Assembly (NCBI GenBank): GCA_002269645.1
Contig: NIVC01000093.1
Coordinates: 744,001-808,000 of the forward strand
Reading direction: 5' to 3'
Origin: Macrostomum lignano
Taxonomy: Eukaryota
Length of the DNA stretch: 64,000 bases
The notes under the pieces were generated by a model. The model had not been told where the DNA came from. It did no database searches and worked only from the letters and a program-made list of their open reading frames with translations. The translations under genes and the position numbers were made by a program. Each line of letters starts with the position of its first letter. Positions within the stretch are counted from its first letter, which is position 1. This document shows positions 41,851-54,277 of this stretch, one piece after another.

Positions 41851-42837
41851 CATTGTGACATTGTAGGTACATAGTATTGATTTTTAGTATATTGGATATA
41901 TTCAAATTGTTTTTTATTCTAGATGCAGTACATCTTTATGCCATTTTGGAATGAACATATACCTTGTTAACAATGTCTTAGCAAACATGCAGTTCCAAAA
42001 AGTTACAAAGATAAGAAAAAGCTAATCAAAGAAATATTTACTATTGATTATCATTGACAAGATGTAAGTGTTGTAAGTTTAAGAACACAAATATAAATGC
42101 AACAAATTGTAGAATATTTGAACTATTCAATAGTCTAATATGACACTCATATGCCATGTAGCCCAGGGTTGATTGCAAGCAATTACATTAATTTGGGGCT
42201 AAATAAGAATTTTGGCATGGGACTACCCATATAATTAGCAACCTTGAAGGCCAATCCCTAGACATAGTAAGTGCAAATGCCTAGTATTAAATTAAGGGCC
42301 ACTATATTCTGCCATGTGTGCATACCTATGCTTGGTAATGTCCATATCCACATGAGTATATGCCTACTCAATGAAGTTGGTGGTATAAGTAGTATTGCCT
42401 CTTCTTGCCTCTTGATATTGTTTAAAATGTACCAAGGTGTATATAACTGCCACTATCTTTAAAGGGCAAAATATAGACAATAGCAAATCTTATGTTTTTC
42501 TTAAGGGGGTCAGCCAACCCTTTTGACCCTTCCCCCAGATCTACCAATGAGTTCAAGCTTCAAGCTCAACATTTCTTTTAAGCAATAACTACAAAAGCCA
42601 AAGAAAAAATTCTTTTCAGAGTGAGGGTCAGCCAACCTCTTTTACCTTGCCCTGTTTAGATTTTTTAATGAAAAAATTAGTATAAATATCAAGAACTTTT
42701 AAAGACATTTACTTAAAACCATGCATGTAGATTTATTTTTAAGAGCAAAGGTCTTAGGATTTTTTAAAATTTAAATACAACTTTTCTATGACTATAATTT
42801 CTAGAACTTACATAGTTATAAATAAGGTAAATAATTA

Positions 42838-43137
42838 CCCTATTGCAGCCAAGGTCTGAACCGCGCCGGACGCCCCCCTTTCCTGCGCCAGACATCTACC
42901 CGTACCGCGCCAGGGCCAGTCCCCAGGATCAGTGATTTGGTTCAATTAGTCAGTCCTCCCCTCCCGCACCCCTCTCCCATGCCCCGCGCCACGCCGCCGC
43001 CACACGCCACGCCACCGCGCGCCGCCGCCACGCGCCGCGCCGCCGCTGCGCGCCGCGCCGCCGCCGCGCGCTGCGCCGCCGCCAGGCCAATCCGCGCCGG
43101 ACGCCGTCCACGAAAATGGCCATTGGCTGCAATAGGG
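42838..43137. mobile_element. 300-bp GC-rich MITE with 15-bp TIR and 8-bp TSD
   Basis: TIR CCCTATTGCAGCCAA / TTGGCTGCAATAGGG; AATAATTA duplicated at 42830-42837 and 43138-43145. Confidence 0.85.
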
Positions 43138-44269
43138 AATAATTATATATTATAACTTTGCTACATAGATCCAACCTTGATATAATGTTAGCTTATATAA
43201 TTTTCTTTGTGGCTAGAAGCCAACTAAGTTTATTGATAATATCAACATTAAATTTGGTATATCTATTATTAAGACCTTTACATTGTTTATTTGATGCAAG
43301 AACTATAGAAATTAAAATTGGATATCAATACCTAAATTCAAGAACTTTTCCTATAATCAGATATGCTCATTATAACAAATAAAGATTATAAATATTTCTT
43401 ATGATAATAATTGCCATATCAAAAATTGCTTTAAGGTCAAGTGTAATATTCAATAATAAATATGTTACTTATAATTTAAATAATTTTTTTATTTGTTCTT
43501 CTCATTGGTTTAATTGTTTTAGTTTTTTGTCTGCTTTTTGGTATATTTTTGGTCAAGGAAAGGTTAATTATCTGATTTATTAATATTAGGCTATTGACCT
43601 AGACAGCTAAATCAACTAGGTATTAAGCATATATTTATATATATATATATATCTACTTAGGTATAAAACTAGAAGCAATGTAAGGCAGAAATTAAATCAT
43701 GCTACAAAACTTTTTAAAGTAGGGTTTTAAATAAAAATATCAAGATAAGGCAAAAAACCAATGAGTTCATTGAATATTTATTTTATTTATAAATAATTAT
43801 GAATATTTATGTTTATTGAATAAGTAGTACCAATTCTTTTTGGCTTTAGCTTAAAAGAAAGGCAATAACCTCCTTGCTATACTATAATTTTATTATTGCT
43901 TTAATTGTAATAATAATAATTGATTACACCTTCCCTAATAGCAAAATATGTGATTAACAATAGGGGCTTAGCAAAAGCTACAACAGTTTTATAGTGCATC
44001 TGAAGGCTACATATGACTGTTTAGTCAAAAGATTTGATATTGCCATAGATATCCATATTTATCCCAGCTAATACTAGTATCCATTTTATAGCTAGCTAGA
44101 CTAAAGCAAAACTAGTTATTCTACTAAACTAGGTAGATTAAATGCTTAGGAATCAAACACTGAACCTTTAGTTGTGGGTTCAATAGGAAATAGGCCCTAT
44201 TAACTACAAGGCTATATAATTATAACCCTTGTAGTCTTCTAAGAATTGAATGTAAATCCTATATACTAA

Positions 44270-44410
44270 AAATGAGTTGTCTGTGGGTAGGTAGGTAGGT
44301 ATGCCATAGATTTCAGAAAAAATGGCTCAACCGATTTTCTTCAAACTTGCACCATTCGATCAGAAATTTTCCTGGGACGGTACATGCATCTTGGCTTAGA
44401 AATAATTTAC
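44270..44410 (+). mobile_element. Short interspersed element core resembling Helentron/HINE (DINE-1-like) elements
   Basis: A (GTAG)n tract followed by ATTTCAGAAA..GCTCAAC.GATTTTC.TCAAACTTG.CA.C.TTCGATCA.AAATTTTCC; the second copy is at 63290-63400. Confidence 0.5.
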
Positions 44411-44564
44411 TAAGAACTAATTAGTTTACTTATACTAGCTATCTAACCTAAAAGGGTTATATCTTATTCTATCTAACCTTAAAGGGCATGATCATGGAAA
44501 AATCATTGATAGTCTATGATCTATTTCAATAGAATTTCTATTTTAGGTATAACTATCATCTATA

Positions 44565-44825
44565 GGCCTTTTCATATTGCTTGTTCTGGTTCCAGAACCA
44601 GAACCAATTTGTAAAGTATAACTTTTTGTCTCCATAACTAGAGGGAGATACGTGCTATAAAGTTTTTATTATTGAATGACAATCGCCAAGAAGAAAGTGA
44701 AAAATTGTGCTAAGTGAGGTTGTTAAGCCAGTCAAACATTCAACAGAATTAAATAGTTTTACTGCTGTTTTTCTTGGAAGATCCGATCTGATTCTGATTC
44801 TGGAACTGGTAATATGAAAAGCCCC
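44565..44825. mobile_element. ~260-bp MITE with imperfect ~40-bp TIRs (PIF/Harbinger-like ends)
   Basis: Left GGCCTTTTCATATT..GTTCCAGAACCAGAACC versus right reverse complement GGGGCTTTTCATATTACCAGTTCCAGAATCAGAATC; TATA on both flanks. Confidence 0.65.
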
Positions 44826-46119
44826 TATATAGATTTAATATAAGGACAATAAGAATAGTTGTTATTAGAAATTATTAGAAATTAAAAGGGTGTTGACACA
44901 GACAACGAATTGGTGCCATTTTTTACTCTTTAAAACAAAGTAAAAGAATCTTAAGATTTAGTAGAAGCGCAACTTAAAAAGGTACTTTTAAATGCTACTA
45001 CTGTTGGTTTTTTTAATCAAGGATTTATCTTTTATTTTTTATTTTTTATTTGTTTAATGGAAATTCCTTTTCCTGTTATTGTGTTCGCAGTGTGCTATAT
45101 TTAGGAAGATTGAACTCAAAAATATCAGCAAAAGATATGCTTATCTATTTATTGTCAAATATAACCATCTAATTCTTTCAATCAGTTAAAAAAAGAATAA
45201 CGCGAAAAAACACACAGTGTGAAACTTTAAACAAATCGCGCGTTAAAAATGGCTGCGCAATTAATGTAAGGGGCAATGTACATGTACTACAATTAACAAT
45301 TTATTTTATGTTGAATTATATATACGTAGTAAAGTGTGCAAAACCAACATGAATGTACTGTTTGCTGTTTGCTATATGAGCAAACTGATCAAGTTACATT
45401 GGTATAGTATATGTACATTTACTCTGCAATATCACGGACAATGTTACCCCGCGGTAACGGCAAATCTGAATGCCGGCGACCGTGGTGATCCGATCCGACG
45501 GCGACGATTAAATCGACGTATAAGGACGTTATACTTGTACATCGGGCGAACGTGTCGGTGGTATTACATCTGTCACCGACGTTGATTTTTATATATTATA
45601 TATACATGCATGTTAGATGCGTCGTACGTGTGAACGTCGATCGCGACGACGGACGACGGATCGCCGACGTCGGATTGCTGCATGTAGAGGGGGTAGATAC
45701 AGAAGAGAAAGTCCATCAGGTGCTTTTTGTGTATATATATAGCATGATTGTCCAGTGGATCTAGTCCATTTACACTATGTGACATGTGTACAGTATGTAC
45801 ATGTACATAAATGTATATGTAACTTTCGCCGACGCTATAATACATGTAATACCAAAGCACATGTGGCACCGATCCATAGATATCTATATGACAAAAGATT
45901 GCTACTTCTATACAAATTTTCCGACCTAAAATCTAGCCTATTAGTTGTACACTAACAGTACATGCACATCCACATGTTTATTATACATGTATACATGTAT
46001 ATTTATCAAAAAGCACAGAACATACATGCAGGTTGTAAAACAAGGATTGGTGTCATATATATATAGTATCGAATCAACTTAACAACTGTAGAAACTGTAG
46101 GTAAAGTCGTATCGTGAAT

Positions 46120-49100
46120 TCATGAATTTTGTCTAGCGCCAACAGCCCGCTTAACCAGATCGAGCAGAACGATACGAAGGTAGCGCACGAACACGTAATC
46201 AGATTCGCGGTAGAGCATATCGAATAGAATCTTGACGAATAAGAAGCAAAGTAGAATTACAATCGACATGCGGAATAATAGTTCTAGTAGAAGGCCAATT
46301 GCAATGTAGTGACTGGCCTGGATCTCAGTAAGGCAGTGCTTGTGACAAACTCGTAGTGTCTCGCGGTTTCCCTAGGGATAAAAGAGATATTATCGAATAA
46401 TTATATCGACAGTTGATAGTTACATGCGTCAAAATTAAGATGTATTTAATAATAATATGCATTATTGGACTCTAACAAGGATTTGAGAAGAGAAGAAGAC
46501 AGTATCCCATGGGATTCGATGGGGATTCGATGGAGATTCGATGGAGATTTGATTAGATTCGAGATGGGATTCGATGGAGTTCGATATGGGGATATGGGGA
46601 TATGGGGATATGGGGAATTTCGCTGAGAGGGCAGAGCTTCTCAGTGATTAACGCGTCTGACTCTCGCGTCACACGACTCGTGGGTTCGATTGCCCACAAT
46701 TCATATGGGGATCGTGCGATGCACACCTACCGGTATGAGGGCCAGTCCCAAGGCACAGAGAGTGTACATGTCTGACTAATTAGAGTCAGGGCCGCTGTAC
46801 ACCCCTGTGTGAGCCTGTGCGAGCCTGCACGCTTAGTATGAGTGCTCAGAAGTCACGGGAATGGGCAGAACCGCCGTCAGCGCTGATTGAGGGACAATGT
46901 CGCCTAACGTCGCGTCAGCTATGTAGCAAACTAAACTGCAAACTTCATCCCCTACCCCAAAAGCACCAAATTTTCACCAACCGGACATCGCTGCTTCGCG
47001 TCCTGGCCGCCTCGTTGACGATTCCAGCAGACGCGGTGGCTGACCTGCCAGCCCTGGCCGCAGAGCGAGTCGCAGGAGCTCCAATCGCTCCAGTAGGTCC
47101 ACTGGTACACAATGGGCTCCTCGCATAATCGGCCCTCAAATCCCGGGGTGCAAACGCATTCAAATTTCTCGCCGTCTAGCGAACTGTGACAGACGCCGTT
47201 GTTGGCGCAGATTATGGAATCGCAGGCGCTTCTTTTATCCAAGCAGTTGTCTTCTCGAAGCGCTTTCTTGCGCTGATAGCCTTTAGGGCACTTGCAAATG
47301 TAGTGGTTGAATCCAGCCTGACAATATTAGGGCAATGTTAGCGGCGATCGCTTACTAACGGTAGGAAGCAAGAGATTTGTTGCCTATTTTTTTTACGAAA
47401 CTCTCAATTTTATTTCTACGATCGTACATGTACAAACGAACTTTGAATCTGCTATTTAGAAGATCTTTTACGGTCGTAGATTGACGAGGATTTGCTAGAT
47501 TTATACGAAACATGGAAACCATAGTTTCATCGTATGTCAAACCTCGCTTGTGTCTGAACCTATTGTAAGGGATCGATGCGTCAATAGATCGACACTAAGA
47601 TCTTGACACCAACTGTCCGAAATCTGGGTGCCTTCTGACACTGACACCCGATGCTGGTGCCTTCTGACACTGACACCCGATGCTGGTGCCTTCTGACACT
47701 GACACCCGATGCTGGTGCCTTCTGACACTGACACCCGATGCTGGTGCCTTCTGACACTGACACCCGATGCTGGTGCCTTCTGACACTGACACCCGATGCT
47801 GGTGCCTTCTGACACTGACACCCGATCCTGGCGCCTTCTGACACTGACACCCGATTCTGGCGCCTTCTGACACTGACACCCGATGCTGGCGCCTTCTGAC
47901 ACTGACACCCGATCCTGGCGCCTTCTGACACTGACACCCGATGCTGGTGCCTTCTGACACTGACACCCGATGCTGGTGCCTTCTGACACTGACACCCGAT
48001 GCTGGCGCCTTCTGACACTGACACCCGATGCTGGTGCCTTCTGACACTGACACCCGATGCTGGTGCCTTCTGACACTGACACCCGATCCTGGCGCCTTCT
48101 GACACTGACACCCGATTCTGGCGCCTTCTGACACTGACACCCGATGCTGGCGCCTTCTGACACTGACACCCGATGCTGGCGCCTTCTGACACTGACACCC
48201 GATGCTGGCGCCTTCTGACACTGACACCCGATGCTGGCGCCTTCTGACACTGACACCCGATGCTGGTGCCTTCTGACACTGACACCCGATGCTGGTGCCT
48301 TCTGACACTGACACCCGATGCTGGTGCCTTCTGACACTGACACCCGATCCTGGCGCCTTCTGACACTGACACCCGATCCTGGCGCCTTCTGACACTGACA
48401 CCCGATGCTGGCGCCTTCTGACACTGACACCCGATGCTGGCGCCTTCTGACACTGACACCCGATGCTGGCGCCTTCTGACACTGACACCCGATGCTGGCG
48501 CCTTCTGACACTGACACCCGATGCTGGCGCCTTCTGACACTGACACCCGATCCTGGCGCCTTCTGACACTGACACCCGATGCTGGCGCCTTCTGACACTG
48601 ACACCCGATCCTGGCGCCTTCTGACACCCTGATCTTTGCACCTTCTGATAAACTGATCCTGGCGCCTTCTGAAACCCTGATCTTTGCGCCTTATGATAAA
48701 CTGATCCTGGCGCCTTCTGATGCCCTGATATTTGCGCCTTATGATAAACTGATCCTGGCGCCTTCTGAAACCCTGATCTTTGCGCCTTATGATAAACTGA
48801 TCCTGGCGCCTTCTGAAACCCTGATCTTTGCGCCTTATGATAAACTTATCCTGGCGCCTTCTGAAACCCACACTCCGATCCTGGCGCATTCTGACACATC
48901 GATCTAGGTCTCCTGTCTGAGATCTAGGCGCTGTCTGACACACCGATCTAGGCGCTGTCTGACACACCGATCTAGGCGCTGTCTGACATCAATCACCATG
49001 ACGTGTCGGACGGCACATGCTTTGCGTCAAGAATTACCTGATGTTTCTCAAAGCCCCAGAATATGGCAAATCTAGGTAAACTACGCACATGCTTCAGGTT

Positions 49101-51947
49101 AAAATCATATACAGAGATCTTCTTACCGACGCTAAACAAGTCCCGCCATAATCTACGCGACACATCTCGTTGCCGCTCATTTTGCCGTCGGCACCAGTGT
49201 TACAGGGGTTCCTGTACCTTTGGCACCTGTCGCCTTCGAATTCGGGATAGCAGTCGCATCGGAGGTGGCCCTCCCGACTAATTAACCTGTCGTGTCCGAC
49301 ATCCTTAATCGACAGTTCTACAGCTGGTACAAACGAGCAATAACGCGTACTGGTCGGCTCGCAGTCCACGTTGCAGTCGAAAGATTCGTCGCAGCTCAGA
49401 CTCAACGGGTTCCACACGTAGCCGGCCATGCATTCGCATCTATTAACGAGGTGGTGGCGGTCACGTGATCTGCTTGAGCAACAAACTTTTTTGTTCGTCA
49501 TTTTTTCTCTGTCAAAAAGTGTTTGCTGATGACAGTCTGTGGCAGAAATACGCTAAAGTCCGTTTTCTTGGAAATGAGCTGAAGGTCGGTGAGGAACGTC
49601 TTCAGACTTACAGACTGAGCAATACCATCTTTACACACTTACAGACTGAGTAATACCATCTCTACACACTTACAGACTGACCAATACCATCTCTACACAC
49701 TTACATACTGAGCAATATCATCTCTACACACTTACAGACTGAGCAATACCATCTCTACACACTTACAGACTGAGCAATACCATCTCTACACACTTACAGA
49801 CTGCGCAATACCATCTCTACAGACTTACAGACTGAGCAATACCATCTCTACACACTTACAGACTGACCAATACCATCTCTACACACTTACATACTGAGCA
49901 ATATCATCTCTACACACTTACAGACTGAGCAATACCATCTCTACACACTTACAGACTGAGCAATACCATCTCTACACACTTACAGACTGACCAATACCAT
50001 CTCTACACACTTACAGACTGAGCAATACCATCTCTACACACTTACAGACTGCCCAAACCATCTCCACTTACAGACTGGCCAATACCATCTCTACACACTT
50101 ACATACTGAGCAATATCATCTCTACACACTTACAGACTGAGCAATACCATCTCTACACACTTACAGACTGAGCAATACCATCTCTACACACTTACAGACT
50201 GACCAATACCATCTCTACACACTTACAGACTGAGCAATACCATCTCTACACACTTACAGACTGCCCAAACCATCTCCACTTACAGACTGGCCAATACCAT
50301 CTCTACAGACAGATAGACAGAGAAATGCCATCCCAGCAGCCTGATAAATCCTTGCTGTAACTCACCTATAGTCAGTCTTTCCCAGCCCGACGGGAGTGCA
50401 ATCTTTGCCGCTGGTGTGTGGCTTATTGTCGCAAATGTCAGACTGCAGACATGGATTCGGGCACATACTGATGTCGAATATGTCATCCGCTTCTGAACTC
50501 GGCGAGTTTTTCCGATCACTATTCAACCATTTTGTACACATGTGAGTAAGGTATTGCAATTGTACGTGCTCAAAGTTCCTATAGGCATTGATCAACTCGT
50601 GACTGAGATGCCTGCGACAAGGTTTTTGGTATTTTTGTACAGGTTACCTTCAACACAATAATAAAAATAATCTTAATGAAAATAGAAAATACACATTGAC
50701 CCGGTCTAAGCCTACTGGTTATTATATATTGAACTCTAAGTGAATACTGGTTTAAATTAGGTATTAATCCACCTAACAGGTTCCCTGATTTTCTTAATCC
50801 TTATTAAGGGTGGGTGTGGCGACCCCCCAGTCCCTATTAGACTGAACAGCATTATTCAGCTGTAATCAGTTCCTCAACAAAAATGATGTTGCTACCACAC
50901 CTGCAGACCGTTTTGTTTGCAACGCTTCATATACGTAGCTATTCCTACATATGTTTTTACGATTCAATAACTTACCCTCGATAATTATTGGCGCTAGACA
51001 AAAGTATTTCGTGTTTTTACGATTCAATAACTTACTCGATAATTATTGGCGCTAGACAAAAGTATTTCGTGTTTTTACGATTCAATAACTTACTCGATAA
51101 TTATTGGCGCTAGACAAAAGTATTTCGTGTTTTTACGATTCAATAACTTACTCGATAATTATTGGCGCTAGACAAAAGTATTTCGTGTTTTTACGATTCA
51201 ATAACTTACTCGATAATTATTGGCGCTAGACAAAAGTATTTCGTGTTTTTACGATTCAATAACTTACTCGATAATTATTGGCGCTAGACAAAAGTATTTC
51301 GTGTTTTTACGATTCAATAACTTACCCTCGATAATTATTGACGCTAGACCAAAGTATTTCGTGCACAATTTGAATAAACTTCATTATCCAAGAGTCTGCT
51401 AATAGCGTAAACCTGGCATATTTAAACGACTTTGGGCCAAGTGTCCTGTCAAAGTAGACCTGTAAGCCATAAATTCCCATTGCTTTGATGTTACTGTAGG
51501 CTATCTCTGGAGTATAACCGTAGCCCAGATAGTTCCAATCAAACAAGTACTCCAGTCCCAAAGGATAAAGATTACTAGCTGAAAACGTGTCCGCATGCTC
51601 ATTGAGAGCAATATGCTCGTACATGTGAAAATTAATATAGGGTTTCACTTCCCGAAGCAGATATGTTACTTTGCGCAGATTTTCAGGCGTCTTAGGAAAG
51701 TACATGTGCTTGCACATTCGCACGCGGTTAATGAACATTCTGTCCTTCGTAGTCACCATGTACATGCAGTAGCGGGTGATGAAATTCTGGTAGCAAGATG
51801 ACCAGGTGTCAAACAGTTGACGAGCCACAGAGTCGAAATATCCCATTTGCGAGGCGGTTTTCAAGGTGCTGGAAAGTTGGAAAAAAATTTCACTTGCAGT
51901 TTTGCCGAAAATCAAGGCACCATCGAGGACGTCCTTAAATAGAAGGG
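46120..51947 (-). CDS. Single-pass membrane protein: unrecognised aromatic-rich N-terminal domain, 4 EGF-like modules, TSP1 module, transmembrane helix, short tail (5' end incomplete)
   Basis: Exons 51947-51326, 50611-50366, 49439-49127, 47317-46982 and 46371-46120 join in phase (2,2,0,0). EGF Cys patterns span the junctions (DYR|CECMAGY; CLAS|AGFNHYICKC); TSP1 WTYWSDWSSCDSLCG...RCP|GNRETLRVC; TM IAIGLLLELLFRMSIVILLCFLFVKIL. Confidence 0.82.
46505..46620. repeat. Short GGGATTCGATG / GGGATAT tandem repeats
   Basis: Direct tandem units. Confidence 0.85.
46627..46930 (+). mobile_element. tRNA-derived SINE, copy 2 (antisense in the last intron of the EGF-TSP1 gene)
   Basis: B-box GGGTTCGATTGCCC (46682); core and 3' body are homologous to 19775-19950. 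Further core fragments lie at about 35710-35790 and 52008-52050. Confidence 0.75.
47620..48990. repeat. 29-bp minisatellite CTGACACTGACACCCGATGCTGG(T/C)GCCTT, grading into a ~39-bp derivative
   Basis: Direct tandem units; intronic. Confidence 0.96.
49603..50310. repeat. 31-bp minisatellite TTACAGACTGAGCAATACCATCTCTACACAC
   Basis: Direct tandem units; intronic. Confidence 0.96.
50955..51365. repeat. 58-bp tandem repeat (7 copies) containing an exon end and 5' splice site
   Basis: Minus-strand GTAAGT donors at 51325, 51267, 51209, 51151, 51093, 51035 and 50975. Confidence 0.93.
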
Positions 51948-52149
51948 CTAGGGGAAAACCTCGCTTTCCAGATTGAATGCTCGAATTTCAAAAAAATAAA
52001 CGATGGCCAACCCCCAAGGCACAGAGGGTGTGCATGCCTGACTATTAGTAGTTAAAAAACAACCACAGCGCCAATCAATATTATCTTGTAATGACTACAA
52101 TAGGTACAAAAGGCCCCAGAGCGGTGACCATGGCTCTCTCGGGTCGTGG

Positions 52150-52525
52150 CTGTTTTACCAAGCGTCGCCACATCCTTAAGGAAAAATCCGCATTGCCCAT
52201 TCTGCCTCTTCGGTGTTGAGAATGCGGAGCGCTTTATCTGTGAATGCCCCGCCTTTACTCAGGACAGGCTCGCCTATCTGGGCCCAAAACCCACATGCGG
52301 ACAGCGAAGCCTTTCAAATCGGTCCTCGGGTCCTTTGAAATTTACAATAGCAATCCGGCCCGCTCAGTGTTGGTATCTCTTCTAAATTCTCTCCTCTCTC
52401 CCTCTTCTCTCTTATCTCTCCTCTTATCTCCCCTTTCTTCCCTCTCCCCCATTCCATTTCCTTTCTTCTCTCATCTGGCCCGCAGCAATGAGCAAGAATC
52501 TGTATCTGGCCCTTAAAGTAAAAAG
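52150..52525 (+). mobile_element. 5'-truncated LINE 3' end (ORF2 C-terminal zinc knuckle plus pyrimidine-rich UTR)
   Basis: HCPFCLFGVENAERFICECPAFTQDRLAYLG resembles the Cx2C..ET..H..C.CPA motif of R1/LOA/I-type ORF2. A CT-rich tract and an AAAGTAAAAAGT end follow. Confidence 0.6.
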
Positions 52526-52719
52526 TTTGTCGACCCCAGCTCTAATAATTGACAACTTACAACTTGATTTGGATTCTGAACTTTGGCTTGTCTCTCGCTC
52601 AATACATTTAGGCGTCGCATGGAGAAATCAATTGATTTGGGCCAGCGTGATTCAGCACAGGCGCGAACTCTAAAATCTGCCAAGTCATGAGCAGCACAGA
52701 AGGCGCAAATGCAAGTGCG

Positions 52720-53540
52720 ATTGGCGACCCACAGAGAGGGTCCCAACAAGCAGCAGCCCAACAGTCAAGCAGAGATACAGCCAACAGAATGAGTGTCAAC
52801 ATATTGCCACCGCAGCCGTTTCTGCCAGCCGTTGGAGCACCGCCGATTGAATGGAAAAGATGAAAAGCAATGTTTAATAATTATTATCTGCCATCATCTG
52901 GAGCAATCGCTCTGCCGGAGCAAAGAAGACAGGCGCTGCTCATCCACTGCTTGAGTGCAGAGGGTCAAAAACATCTGCATGACTCTACAGGCCAGCAGCA
53001 ATCAGGAGGAAGGAGAGCAACTGCCAGCAACAGTCGATGACACGCTGAAACTCTGCATGGACCCAAGGTCAACGTAGTTGCTGAGAGGCACAAATTCCGA
53101 CAGAGAGCTCAGCTACCGAGCGAGAAGATCTGCGACTTCGTTGCCGCGCTGCGAAACCTGGCTTCGAACTGCGACTTCAAGACATTCCAGGGGGGGGGTG
53201 CTGAGTGACCAGCTCGTCGAGAAAGTACTCTGCAACTAAATTCGGGAGCCACTTCTAATGGAGTCGGAGCTGACCTTGGCGACAGCTGGATTGAGCCACG
53301 CAGACCCAAGCAGCTCGTGTGGAGTGCAGCAGATCAGCAAGGCCGAGAACAGCGCAGTGGCGGCAAAGCTGCGTGAGGCACCGAAACCGACAACTGACGG
53401 CTGGAGCGGCTCAGCGGCGCATTTCGGTGGACAGACCTGCCCAGCGAAGGGGCAAAAGTGCAAGTCCTGCGGCAAGCGTGGTCACTTCGCCATGCAGAGT
53501 CTGCAGGAGCGGCAACCGGGTACGAAAGCTTCAGGATGAG
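52720..53540 (+). pseudogene. Degenerate Ty3/Gypsy (Mag-like) gag fragment
   Basis: From ATG 52789: LPPQPFLPAVGAPPIEWKR*...RRQALLIHCL, VAERHKFRQRAQ, FVAALRNLASNCDF and a CKSCGKRGHFA knuckle, with stops and frameshifts. A TGGCGAC PBS-like motif lies near 52720. Confidence 0.85.
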
Positions 53541-54277
53541 TACTCCATCTGCACTGTGTTTGATTTTGTTTTCTGGACTAAACCTAAGCTGGCTTGTCTC
53601 TCGCTCACCACACAGAGAACAATTGACTGTCTCGTCAAGCACATTCACACTCTGTGCCTGGTACATTAGGTTAGGGTGAGCATTGCAAAAACATCGTTCC
53701 GTTTAATTTTCGCGAACAAACCTTAATTAAATTAATGGGGCCGGACACGGAGTCGCGGAACCCTCGTTTACTTTGGTCAGTTAATACTCTGGTCTGGCAC
53801 CCCTGGTCCACTGGGGTTTTTATTATGACAAGTTGAGGCTAGATCCATTAAAGTAAGAAGAAAATGTTAAATATTTGTGACGTATTATAGAACTAATTGT
53901 GTTTTAACGTAGAGTACTTAATAAAAATTTATTATTGATTTTATACGTTTCATGTTCTTCTACTGTAAGTAATATGGAAAGTGCTAGAACTTATATAAAT
54001 ACACTATGTCAAGGCTTATTATGGGAGTAGCTGAAATTTCCAGGCTTATTGGGGGAATTGCTGAAATGCCAAGGCTCAGCAAGGGACACTTGATTGCTTG
54101 AGTAAATATACTATAACTGGGGAGCAACATATAAAATAACTTTAGGCCTTCTCTGCTAACCAAATTTCCCCGTTCATATAAGACTTCGTGGTCCTTACTA
54201 TCTTAACAATAGCTAAAGTTGTAATTATATGTGTTAAAGATTACTAAGAATGCTTAAAAACAGAGAAACAATCTTAC

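Noticed and set aside
47355-47562. Extra exon (FRHKRGLTYDETMVSMFRINL...) in the EGF-TSP1 gene
   Set aside because: It cannot sit between exons that split one EGF module. It is phase-compatible only as an alternative terminal exon after 50366, and nothing else supports that.
47537-48967. ORFs of 476 and 348 aa
   Set aside because: They are translations of the 29-bp satellite inside an intron whose flanks join one EGF module.
50955-51365. CRISPR array
   Set aside because: The units are contiguous with no unique spacers, there are no cas genes, and the context is eukaryotic.
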